This document shows, in pieces, positions 1 through 7,987 of a stretch of 33,990 bases of DNA. The notes beneath the pieces were generated by a model. The model saw only the letters and a program-made list of their open reading frames with translations, had not been told where the DNA came from and searched no databases. Position numbers and translations under genes: made by a program. Numbering within the stretch: the stretch's first letter is position 1; every line of letters begins with the position of its first letter. This stretch comes from a virus (Duplodnaviria; Caudoviricetes): IMG/VR virus record IMGVR_UViG_3300037631_003346, positions 1 through 33,990 of that record. The stretch is one strand, 5' to 3'.

Positions 1-66
1 CATCAAAAAAAAGACATATCAAGGATAGATATGAATGCTATAAAAGATAAAAGGAACGATAAATAA
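1..66 (+). CDS. 3' end of a truncated upstream gene (HQKKDISRIDMNAIKDKRNDK*)
   Basis: Frame 1 is open from the window edge to TAA 64-66, which overlaps the next ATG (TAATG coupling). Confidence 0.5.
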   Translation, partial: HQKKDISRIDMNAIKDKRNDK

Positions 67-536
67 TGAATAGAATAAGTAAACATATAACTTATAAAGA
101 AGCTACTAGAAGTGCAACAGCTTTACGCTTAGGTATAGATAATAAACCTAATGAGTATGAGCTTCAGAATATGGAGATGGTAGCTAAGAAAGTATTTGAA
201 CCACTTAGAGAAGCTGTTAATGCACCAATTAAAATAAACTCATTTTATAGATGTGAAGAACTTAATAAAGCTATTGGAGGCAGCAGTAAAAGCCAACATT
301 GTCAAGGACGTGCTATTGATATTGATGATGTTTATGGTAATGTTAGTAATGCTTTTATGTATTATTATATTAAAGATAATCTCGACTTTGACCAACTTAT
401 TTGGGAGTTTGGCACAAATGATAGTCCTGATTGGGTTCACGTTAGCTATGTAGATGGTGACTCAAACAGAAAAAGATGTCTTAGGGCTATAAAAGAAAAT
501 GGTAAAACTAAATATATAGATATAACTAATGGATAA
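66..536 (+). CDS. Endolysin, peptidase M15A family (Zn D-Ala-D-Ala/L-Ala-D-Glu peptidase)
   Basis: SFYRC..LN.AIGG, SQHCQGRAIDI (SxHxxGxAxD) and WVHVS supply the Arg and the His/Asp/His Zn ligands; near a holin gene. Confidence 0.9.
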   Translation: MNRISKHITYKEATRSATALRLGIDNKPNEYELQNMEMVAKKVFEPLREAVNAPIKINSFYRCEELNKAIGGSSKSQHCQGRAIDIDDVYGNVSNAFMYYYIKDNLDFDQLIWEFGTNDSPDWVHVSYVDGDSNRKRCLRAIKENGKTKYIDITNG

Positions 537-687
537 TTTAACAATAGGTTTCGGAGAAACATTTTCTACTGGCCCTTTAGTGGGTTTTTCTTCTTATCCA
601 GAAGATGAGCAAAATGAATTCAATGAATTAAATATATACTTATTGTTTGTATTTATTCATATAAAATGGAAGTCAAATTATGAGTAA
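529..687 (+). CDS. Small hypothetical protein, 52 aa (MDNLTIGFGETFSTGPLVGF...IYLLFVFIHIKWKSNYE)
   Basis: Manual translation; fills the endolysin-holin gap with overlaps at both ends; hydrophobic C-terminal stretch. Confidence 0.6.
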   Translation: MDNLTIGFGETFSTGPLVGFSSYPEDEQNEFNELNIYLLFVFIHIKWKSNYE

Positions 688-1075
688 GATATTAGCAAAG
701 CTATTCGGATCTGCGGGATCCGGAATAGCAGATAAGATTTCAGGTATAATAGATAAACATACTTTTAGTAAACAAGAAAAGGCACAGATAAAAAAAGAAA
801 TGGATCAAATATGGATTGATGCTGAAGCTGATATGCAAAAGAATGTTACTGAAAGATGGAAGACTGATATGAGTAGTGATTCCTGGTTATCTAAAAATGT
901 TAGACCTTTAGTTTTAATATTTCTTGTGGTGTCTACGGTGCTTATGGTATTTATTGATGCAGGCGTTATATCGTTTGAAGTTAAGGCTAATTGGATTGAC
1001 TTATTACAATTAGTGCTTATAACGGTCATAGGAGCTTATTTTGGGGGCCGTAGCGCAGAGAAATTTAAAAAGTAA
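680..1075 (+). CDS. Holin (3TM/GTA-holin-like)
   Basis: ERWKTDMSSDSWLSKNVRP, two hydrophobic helices and a C-terminal AYFGGRSAEK motif typical of this family; in the lysis cassette. Confidence 0.8.
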   Translation: MSKILAKLFGSAGSGIADKISGIIDKHTFSKQEKAQIKKEMDQIWIDAEADMQKNVTERWKTDMSSDSWLSKNVRPLVLIFLVVSTVLMVFIDAGVISFEVKANWIDLLQLVLITVIGAYFGGRSAEKFKK

Positions 1076-1200
1076 TGGCAAAGCTAGTCATAAGCAATTA
1101 TCGTGCGTCTAATCGCACTAAAAGGCCCGGTGTGCATTCTAAAAATGCATCACCAGGGCAAAATAAATATAAAAAGAAATATAGAGGTCAAGGTCGTTAA
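1075..1200 (+). CDS. Small basic protein ending YRGQGR, 41 aa
   Basis: Manual translation MAKLVISNYRASNRTKRPGVHSKNASPGQNKYKKKYRGQGR; TAATG overlap with the holin stop; a C-terminal YRGQG motif recurs in small phage proteins. Confidence 0.75.
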   Translation: MAKLVISNYRASNRTKRPGVHSKNASPGQNKYKKKYRGQGR

Positions 1201-1205
1201 ACACA

Positions 1206-1604
1206 GTGATTACAGAACTTAAATATTTTACATTCGAAGATTTTGACTGTCCTTATTCTAGGTTTCCTGATACAGGATTCAAGTATATGGATAGAGAATT
1301 CTTGTCTATGTTACACGAAGCTAGAAGACTATGTAAGATAAAATTCAAGATAATTAAAGGATATGTTTCACCGGATGGTGTATTAATGGCCAATGAACTC
1401 AGTAACTCTTCTCACTTAATAGGTCGAGCTTGCGAGATCTGGTGTAAAGATAATTATAAGAGATATAGGATAATTACAGCTTTACTTGAAGTTGGTTTCA
1501 CTAGAATAGGTTTTTCAGACGATAGAATCTATGTAGATAATGATGATATGAAACCAGACTCAATATGGCATTTTAAAAGAAAATTAGCAAAAAGGTTTAT
1601 ATAA
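1206..1604 (+). CDS. Second M15A-like peptidase with a degenerate active site
   Basis: LKYFT..DFDC, SSHLIGRACEI and GFTRIG fit the short M15A subfamily, but ligand positions are altered. Confidence 0.7.
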   Translation: MITELKYFTFEDFDCPYSRFPDTGFKYMDREFLSMLHEARRLCKIKFKIIKGYVSPDGVLMANELSNSSHLIGRACEIWCKDNYKRYRIITALLEVGFTRIGFSDDRIYVDNDDMKPDSIWHFKRKLAKRFI

Positions 1605-1732
1605 TATAGTATATTATATATATTATATATTATATTATAATTATTATATTATATATTATAATGTATTATATATAATATTATATATATTACAATACAACTA
1701 TAAAGTTGTATTGTATATATAATATAAAATAT
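1605..1732. repeat. Extremely AT-rich low-complexity tract with a 12-bp perfect inverted repeat
   Basis: TATAT/TATTA iterations; TACAATACAACT (1688-1699) ATAA AGTTGTATTGTA (1704-1715). Confidence 0.8.
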
Positions 1733-1740
1733 TATATTTG
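1733..1740 (+). promoter_or_regulatory. Bacteroidota sigma70-type -7 box TATATTTG
   Basis: Matches TAnnTTTG; TTG lies 19 nt upstream (1711-1713); ATG at 1754. Confidence 0.7.
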
Positions 1741-1753
1741 TAAAAAACAAAAT

Positions 1754-2026
1754 ATGAAAATAGACACAGAAAACCAATACTACCAGGACTTTGACGAACT
1801 ATCTAATTTCTTAAGAAGACCTATAAGAAATCCAGAAACAAGAAAGATTGATTTGCTTCAAGGCTGTTTAGTTAGGGTAGGAGCTTTTAATGCAGAATTA
1901 TCTATGAAGATCCAACAAGTAGAACTTGTAAACAACAAACTTAATAAAGATATTCTACATCTAAAAAAAGAACTAGAAAACAGTATTCAGGACATAGAAA
2001 TAAAAAAGTATTTTGATTCTATCTAA
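1754..2026 (+). CDS. Hypothetical coiled-coil protein (MKIDTENQ...)
   Basis: ORF 1706..2026; ATG 1754 preferred because it lies downstream of the promoter box. Confidence 0.65.
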   Translation: MKIDTENQYYQDFDELSNFLRRPIRNPETRKIDLLQGCLVRVGAFNAELSMKIQQVELVNNKLNKDILHLKKELENSIQDIEIKKYFDSI

Positions 2027-2042
2027 ATATATTATATATTTG
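2012..2042 (+). promoter_or_regulatory. Bacteroidota promoter TTTG-N19-TATATTTG
   Basis: TTTG 2012-2015 and TATATTTG 2035-2042, canonical spacing; ATG at 2047 implies a nearly leaderless transcript. Confidence 0.75.
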
Positions 2043-2046
2043 AAAT

Positions 2047-2595
2047 ATGAAATCATTACACGAAAAATTGGCGGCTGTTCAAGGGAGACTGAAAGCGCCT
2101 AAAAATCAAAGAAACAATTTTGGTAAATACAATTACCGATCTTGTGAAGACATCTTAGAGGCTGTAAAACCTCTATTAAATGAGTACGGGTTAGTGTTAA
2201 CATTAACAGATAAAGTACATTCATTATTCGATTCATCATATGTGGAAGCTACAGCGACTGTATCAGATGGTAAAGATCAAATCCAGGTTTCTGCTCAAGC
2301 AGGAATAAATCCTAATAAAAAAGGAATGGATATAGCTCAATCATTTGGTAGTTCTAGTTCTTATGCTAGAAAATACAGTCTTAATGGATTATTCCTTATT
2401 GATGACACGAAAGATGCTGATGCAACAAACACTCACGGAAAAACATCAGTAGCAACAAAGAAAGAATTACTTACTCCTAAACATCCTAAATTTAAGAATG
2501 TAAAGAATTATATTCTAGGTGGTGGTAATCTTAAACAGGTTGAAGATAAATATACAATATCTGATGCCGCAAAAATTCAATTAGTAAACTCTTAA
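2047..2595 (+). CDS. erf: ERF-family single-strand annealing recombinase
   Basis: LKAPKNQRNNFGKYNYRSCEDILEAVKPLL and AQSFGSSSSYARKYSLNGLF are hallmark ERF motifs. Confidence 0.92.
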   Translation: MKSLHEKLAAVQGRLKAPKNQRNNFGKYNYRSCEDILEAVKPLLNEYGLVLTLTDKVHSLFDSSYVEATATVSDGKDQIQVSAQAGINPNKKGMDIAQSFGSSSSYARKYSLNGLFLIDDTKDADATNTHGKTSVATKKELLTPKHPKFKNVKNYILGGGNLKQVEDKYTISDAAKIQLVNS

Positions 2596-2606
2596 TTTTT
2601 ATTTAT

Positions 2607-2882
2607 ATGGCAAGTATATCAGCAATTTCAATAGACGTCAAAAAGATTGACAAGTCTAAATTAAACAAAGGACAATATCTTAATATAGATATTGCCACAA
2701 GAGATGAAACAAATCAGTATAATCAAAATGTTTCAGTATATTATTCTCAAACACCAGAAGAAAGAAAGGCAAAAGAACCTAAAGTATATTTAGGTAATGG
2801 TAGAGTTGTTTGGACTGATGGAAACATTAATAAAGCTGAATTTGTGAAAGCAAACACCACTGAGGAGATGGTGGATTTTTAG
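2607..2882 (+). CDS. Putative ssDNA-binding protein (Bacteroidota phage type)
   Basis: Follows ERF; IDVKKIDK, QYNQN, EERKAKEPKVYLGNG motifs; acidic/aromatic C-terminus EEMVDF. Confidence 0.55.
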   Translation: MASISAISIDVKKIDKSKLNKGQYLNIDIATRDETNQYNQNVSVYYSQTPEERKAKEPKVYLGNGRVVWTDGNINKAEFVKANTTEEMVDF

Positions 2883-2901
2883 TGTTTTGTTTTTGATTTG
2901 G

Positions 2902-2934
2902 AAAAGTGGGTTGTAAAATACCCACTTTTTTTTT
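2902..2934 (+). terminator. Intrinsic terminator
   Basis: AAAAGTGGGT / ACCCACTTTT stem followed by a T run. Confidence 0.85.
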
Positions 2935-2959
2935 ATATTTATTAACCTAAAACAATGCT

Positions 2960-3784
2960 ATGCAAGATAAGTTTAACCTCCTCAGTAATAAAACTTATGT
3001 AGATCCAAAAGAATCTATAGAATATCCTCCAGTTGCCTTATCATATGGGCAATACAAAATAAAAGACAATTATTATCCTATACCTATAGGAACATATGGT
3101 AATTTCAGTTTCATTCAAGCCGCTCCTAAAAGTAAAAAAACATTCCTAGTATCAATGTTATGTGCTGTTTATTTAGCTGATAAAACTAAATTAACCGGCA
3201 ATATTAAAGGCCACAGAAGAAACCTTAGACTTGTTCATTTTGATACTGAACAAGGTCGGTTTCACGCTCAAAAAGTGTTTAAAAGAGTTCTGGACATATC
3301 TAGAAACAATAATGAAATGTACGATACTTATGCATTAAGAGTATTATCTGTACAAGAAAGAGTAGATTTTATAGAATTATATTTACAAAGATATGGATCT
3401 GAATTAGGAATGATGGTTATTGATGGAGTTGCTGATTTAGTTATGGATGTAAACGACATAAAAGAATCTAGTGACATTGTACAAAGAATATTAAGATGGT
3501 CTGAGTTTTATGATATTCATATTATATGTGTAATACACACTAACTTTAATTCAAATAAAGCTACCGGACATTTAGGATCCCACTTAGAAAAAAAGACGGA
3601 GACTCAAATACAATTAAACGTAAGTGAAGAAAATGAAGATATAGTAAAAGTTACTTGCAAAAGATCCAGGAGCTTTGCCTTTGAAGAGTTTAACTTTGAA
3701 GTAACAAAAAATGGTATCCCTATAGTATTAGATAAAATAGATGACATATTAAAATTAAACAATGGAACTAACTTTAAGTTTTGA
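2960..3784 (+). CDS. RecA-like AAA ATPase/helicase (AAA_25/RepA-like)
   Basis: Walker A variant AAPKSKKT, HFDTEQG, Walker B VIDGVAD, CVIH and GHLGS motifs. Confidence 0.8.
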   Translation: MQDKFNLLSNKTYVDPKESIEYPPVALSYGQYKIKDNYYPIPIGTYGNFSFIQAAPKSKKTFLVSMLCAVYLADKTKLTGNIKGHRRNLRLVHFDTEQGRFHAQKVFKRVLDISRNNNEMYDTYALRVLSVQERVDFIELYLQRYGSELGMMVIDGVADLVMDVNDIKESSDIVQRILRWSEFYDIHIICVIHTNFNSNKATGHLGSHLEKKTETQIQLNVSEENEDIVKVTCKRSRSFAFEEFNFEVTKNGIPIVLDKIDDILKLNNGTNFKF

Positions 3785-4172
3785 TATAAGACCACAAGCT
3801 CACCAGTCTGTTAGGATGGGTAGAAACGGTATAGCTTATACACCTAAAAAGATAAAAGACTACAAAAGAGCCGTAATGATATTAGCCAGGAAACAACTAC
3901 CTAAAGACTTTGAAATGATTCCTGCCGGAACTCCAATTACTGTAGAATATTTACATTATATATTTCAATATAATAAGTCTACTCCAAAAAAAAGAAGAAC
4001 TTATCAACTAGACAAAACAACTAAACCTGATTTATTAGACAACATTAATAAAGCTTTTATAGATGCCTTAGAAGGAATTGTATTTGCTCAGGATCAAAAT
4101 ATCATAAGAGTAAAGGAGTTAAGAAAATTTTACGGAGAAAGCAATAAAATAGAAATAAAATTATTATATTAA
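3762..4172 (+). CDS. rusA: RusA-like Holliday junction resolvase
   Basis: KPDLLDNINKAFIDAL.GIVF..D..I signature and N-terminal AYTPKK. Confidence 0.85.
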   Translation: MELTLSFDIRPQAHQSVRMGRNGIAYTPKKIKDYKRAVMILARKQLPKDFEMIPAGTPITVEYLHYIFQYNKSTPKKRRTYQLDKTTKPDLLDNINKAFIDALEGIVFAQDQNIIRVKELRKFYGESNKIEIKLLY

Positions 4173-4182
4173 GAAACAAATT

Positions 4183-4518
4183 ATGAATAACACAGAATTC
4201 AATAAGTTAAAGAAAGAATTGTTAGATGAATGTCAATCTATTATGGATGCTAAACAACCAGAATATACTAATAAAAATATTGATGTTCTGTATAATTTTA
4301 AAAGTACAGGCGATCATATAGGTATTAAACCTGCTGAGGTTTGGGCTGTATTCTTTCATAAACACATACAAGCTATTTTAAGCCACGCTAATAATCCAGA
4401 TATGCCTCAAGCAGAACCAATAGAAAGTAGATATGCAGATGCTATAAACTATTTATTCCTAGGTTATGCCTTAATGAATGATAAACCTAAAAAAGATATA
4501 ATATCCGGAACTGAATGA
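4183..4518 (+). CDS. Helical protein resembling nucleotide-modification-associated/MazG-like domains
   Basis: AKQPEYT...VLYNF...KH...EPIESRYADAINY pattern. Confidence 0.5.
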   Translation: MNNTEFNKLKKELLDECQSIMDAKQPEYTNKNIDVLYNFKSTGDHIGIKPAEVWAVFFHKHIQAILSHANNPDMPQAEPIESRYADAINYLFLGYALMNDKPKKDIISGTE

Positions 4519-5093
4519 TACTTCAAGAATTGTCTAAGCGAAATAAGGAATGGTTAAAAATTGCACTTTCTATTTGCAAAGATGAATCCCTATCTAAAGA
4601 GTTAGTTCAGGAGATGTATTTAAGACTTAATAAATACATTAATAATATAGATCGTATAACAGTAGACGGCAAAATTAGTTCCCTATATATATATGTGACT
4701 ATCAGGAACTTATATTACAAGCATCAGAATAAGAGAAAAAAGAACATAATCTTTCAATATAAAGATTATGATTCTTTTGATGATGGGTTAAATATAAATG
4801 ATAATTTTAAATCTTCTATAGATAATGATATAGAATTATCTAATATGGAAGAGGCACATAAAAAGATTATGGATAATATATTAAAAGAGGTTTCTACTTG
4901 GCATTGGTATGATGAGAAGTTATTCAAACTGTATTTCTTTACAGATAAAAGTTTAAGAAACATAGCTTCTGAAACTAAAATATCTTTAACAAGTATATAT
5001 AACTCTTGTAAGAATTATAAACAAATACTCATCGAAAAGTTTGGTGAGGATGTAACAGACTTTTTTAACAAAGATTATTACCAAATAAAATGA
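4515..5093 (+). CDS. Phage-encoded ECF-like RNA polymerase sigma factor
   Basis: Region-2-like ELVQEMYLRL...IRNLY and region-4 HTH SLRNIASETKISLTSIYNS. Confidence 0.8.
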   Translation: MILQELSKRNKEWLKIALSICKDESLSKELVQEMYLRLNKYINNIDRITVDGKISSLYIYVTIRNLYYKHQNKRKKNIIFQYKDYDSFDDGLNINDNFKSSIDNDIELSNMEEAHKKIMDNILKEVSTWHWYDEKLFKLYFFTDKSLRNIASETKISLTSIYNSCKNYKQILIEKFGEDVTDFFNKDYYQIK

Positions 5094-5512
5094 AAGAACC
5101 AAAAGACAAAAGAACAAAGGCATATAAAGAATGGAAAAAGAAGTTCGATGCCGCAAATGAAAACAAGTCTGAAGGACTTGGAGATACTATTGAAAAGATT
5201 ACTAAAGCTACAGGAATTAAAAAAGCAGTTAAGTTTTTAGCTGGTGAAGATTGCGGGTGTGATGAAAGAAAGAAATTGCTTAATGATATGTTTAGATATA
5301 ATAAGCCTTTATGTTTAAACGAAGAAGAATATAACTTCTTAACAGATGTATTTACTACAAAGGGAAGTATTATATCTTCTAGTAGAGTAGTTAGATGTAT
5401 TAATATATTCAATAGAATATTTAATGCAAAGCAAAAAGCAACGAGTTGTAGCTCGTGCTTTGTGGCTAATGTATATAATCCTCTTAAAAAGGTTTATGAA
5501 GCCTATAAATAA
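5090..5512 (+). CDS. Conserved phage hypothetical protein (GLGDT...DCGC motif, Cys-rich)
   Basis: EGLGDTIEKITKATGIK...EDCGCDERK and SCSSC; ATGA coupling. Confidence 0.7.
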   Translation: MKEPKDKRTKAYKEWKKKFDAANENKSEGLGDTIEKITKATGIKKAVKFLAGEDCGCDERKKLLNDMFRYNKPLCLNEEEYNFLTDVFTTKGSIISSSRVVRCINIFNRIFNAKQKATSCSSCFVANVYNPLKKVYEAYK

Positions 5513-5894
5513 AGAGGAGGATTTATTTAAACATTTAAAATTAACAGTTTATCCAGACTTAGTTAAAGCAAGAGGTAAGCTGTCTAGATGGGATTGTTAT
5601 TCTGTAGACAAAGCTCATAGAATAGAATTAAAATGCAGAAAGACTCATTACGATACTTTGCTCATTGAGAAAAAGAAATTTGATGCAATGATTCAAGTTT
5701 GTGATAAATATCTCGATATTCCTTATTATATTTGTAGTACACCAAAAGGTATATATTCTTTTAATTTATATGAAGTATATCCTGAGTGGGAAATAAACTA
5801 TAAAAATCCTGCTACTACTCAATTTAGTAATAGGGGAAGGATTTTAAAAGAAGTTGCTTATTTAAACATAAATGATGCCAAATGGATACAATAA
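5496..5894 (+). CDS. PD-(D/E)XK-type nuclease-like protein
   Basis: SRWDC...IELKCR motif; ATG 5496 chosen within ORF 5424..5894. Confidence 0.6.
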   Translation: MKPINKEEDLFKHLKLTVYPDLVKARGKLSRWDCYSVDKAHRIELKCRKTHYDTLLIEKKKFDAMIQVCDKYLDIPYYICSTPKGIYSFNLYEVYPEWEINYKNPATTQFSNRGRILKEVAYLNINDAKWIQ

Positions 5895-6622
5895 AATTAC
5901 TTGACGGATCAGAATGGAATGTTAAGGAGATCTTAGAAAAAATGGAAGACAATAACTTCTATTATGGTTTCTTAGGTAAAAACACTTTATCTTCTTCTGT
6001 AGCTAAAAAACTTATGGTAAGTGCTGATGATTATATACAAGATATCAATAACCCAAAAGATTCAAACATAAAGCCGTTTAGGGATGGTAGATTGATTCAC
6101 GTTTCAATACTTGAAAGTGATAAGATAAATGATTATTATGATTTTGTTGATGTTCCAACAAGAAGAAATAAAGAATTTAAATTAGCTGCTGAAAACTCAA
6201 AAGGTAAAGAAGTTATGCTTGAAAAAGAAAGGGTTTGGGCAGATGGATTAAAAGAAGTTGTTTTACAAGATCCTGAAATAAAAGAATACATAACAAAAGG
6301 AGAATGTGAGAAGTCTGGAATAGGATATATAATGGGCCTGCCTTTTAGAGGCAAGGCCGATTGTTTGTATGAAGATAAAATAATTGATCTAAAAACTACT
6401 TCAGATATTGATAATTGGGAATATAATAGTTATTTTTATGGTTATGATATACAGAGTTATATTTACACACAATTATTTAACAAGGATGAGTTTGTTTTTG
6501 TTATCATAGACAAGAGGAATAATAAATTAAAAACACATAAAGCTACAGATGATTTTATCAGTTCAGGAAAGAGAAAACTTAGAAGAGCAGTTGAGAATTA
6601 TATCGGACACTTTGGATTTTAA
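5882..6622 (+). CDS. RecE/exonuclease VIII-like PD-(D/E)XK exonuclease
   Basis: LSSS, G..IH, FRGKAD...IIDLKTT, YGYDIQSYIY motifs. Confidence 0.85.
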   Translation: MDTIKLLDGSEWNVKEILEKMEDNNFYYGFLGKNTLSSSVAKKLMVSADDYIQDINNPKDSNIKPFRDGRLIHVSILESDKINDYYDFVDVPTRRNKEFKLAAENSKGKEVMLEKERVWADGLKEVVLQDPEIKEYITKGECEKSGIGYIMGLPFRGKADCLYEDKIIDLKTTSDIDNWEYNSYFYGYDIQSYIYTQLFNKDEFVFVIIDKRNNKLKTHKATDDFISSGKRKLRRAVENYIGHFGF

Positions 6623-6818
6623 AAGTTCTGTTAGTTTACTTTATTTTAATTTAACAGTAGATGATTTTATGGCTGGAGCTTCAATCAGGCAAATACAATC
6701 TAGCTTAAAGTTCTATGAAGAACTAGAATTGTACGATGAATGTCAGGGAATATTTATGGCAATTAAATATTATAAAATAATAATGAGAACCTTTATAAAT
6801 AAAAGATATGAAGATTAA
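6549..6818 (+). CDS. Hypothetical protein (YEELELYDECQGI motif)
   Basis: ORF track; start codon uncertain. Confidence 0.6.
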   Translation: MILSVQERENLEEQLRIISDTLDFKSSVSLLYFNLTVDDFMAGASIRQIQSSLKFYEELELYDECQGIFMAIKYYKIIMRTFINKRYED

Positions 6819-7362
6819 AGAAGTAAGAAGTTTTATAGAAGATAAAACTCAATTAGATATAGGCAAGAAATCAAGAAGAAGAGACTATGTATATGCAAGA
6901 GCTATGTTCTTTTATTTATCTAAAAAATATGCTAGAGCAACTTACCAAGCTATGGCGAAAGAAGTTAAATGTAATCACGCAAGTGTAATCTATTCTATAA
7001 GACATACTGTACCAGTAATATTTAGAGAAGAGCCTCAATTAAAAAGATTGTGTGATCACTTTGTTTCTTTATTTACAGAAGAGATCGTATCAGATACTAA
7101 AAGTAAATCAGATATTATTTCTGAAAACATAGATCTTAAAATAAGATTATCTAGATACCAGGACGCTGAAGCTAAAGATAATAAACTTAAGGTTACTCAA
7201 AACACAATAGACTCTAGGTTTGCAAAATTAATAGAGCAAACTCCTGAAGACAAAATAGATAACTTGTATATCAGAATGGAGGCTATAGTTAGAATGTTAA
7301 ATACTGAATGGAAAGATAAGATAACTGTATATTCAAGCTATGAAACAGTTAATGGTTATTAA
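6808..7362 (+). CDS. DNA-binding protein with a DnaA C-terminal-like HTH
   Basis: KSRRRDYVYARAMFFYL...TYQAMAKEVKCNHASVIYSIR resembles the DnaA domain IV pattern (R....V.AR..AMYL...IG....RDHTTV.H). Confidence 0.7.
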   Translation: MKIKEVRSFIEDKTQLDIGKKSRRRDYVYARAMFFYLSKKYARATYQAMAKEVKCNHASVIYSIRHTVPVIFREEPQLKRLCDHFVSLFTEEIVSDTKSKSDIISENIDLKIRLSRYQDAEAKDNKLKVTQNTIDSRFAKLIEQTPEDKIDNLYIRMEAIVRMLNTEWKDKITVYSSYETVNGY

Positions 7363-7601
7363 TGGCCAGGAAGAGAAAAATAAAGAAAAGAGTCGTCTAT
7401 GATCCTAAAATAATAAGCTGGTGTATTAATAAAGGTTATAAACTCTATCCAGTTCCTGAAGGAAAAGAATACAGGATAGTTTTAGAATATAAAGGGATGA
7501 AAAAGAAATCAGAACTTTTATATAATAAAAAGAAATGGAGCGAAAGAATATGGGAAGTATATGGATTAATATACAATAAAGAATGCCAAGAAAAAAAGTA
7601 G
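7362..7601 (+). CDS. Hypothetical basic protein
   Basis: ORF track; TAATG coupling; WCINKGYKLYPVP motif. Confidence 0.65.
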   Translation: MARKRKIKKRVVYDPKIISWCINKGYKLYPVPEGKEYRIVLEYKGMKKKSELLYNKKKWSERIWEVYGLIYNKECQEKK

Positions 7602-7987
7602 AAAGAAAATATATGAAGAAGACCGATGGTCGAAAGAACAACGGTCAAAAGAAAGGAGACGCCGTTCTTAGAAGAACTATGGCTACTCCTGCTAATATAA
7701 ATAAAGCAAAGAAGAATAGATCTAAAATGCTTGCTACTGGTGCTATTAAAGAGGTTTATGGATCTGAAGAAGCTTTCTGGGTTATGGTAGCAGAAAACGC
7801 TAAAGATTCTCAGTTTGATAGAAAAATGATATTAGAATATATTTATGGTAAAGCTAGAGATAATGTAGATGCTTCTTCTGCTAATGATAAAGTAGATATC
7901 TCTATTATGAATTTCTTTCAAGGCACTCCAAAGATAGAAGAGAACACAATTGATATAGAATCAGAAGATGAAGACACCGAAGCTTAA
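7583..7987 (+). CDS. Putative terminase small subunit
   Basis: Directly upstream of and overlapping terL; DGRKNNG and LEYIYGK motifs; acidic tail. Confidence 0.55.
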   Translation: MPRKKVERKYMKKTDGRKNNGQKKGDAVLRRTMATPANINKAKKNRSKMLATGAIKEVYGSEEAFWVMVAENAKDSQFDRKMILEYIYGKARDNVDASSANDKVDISIMNFFQGTPKIEENTIDIESEDEDTEA

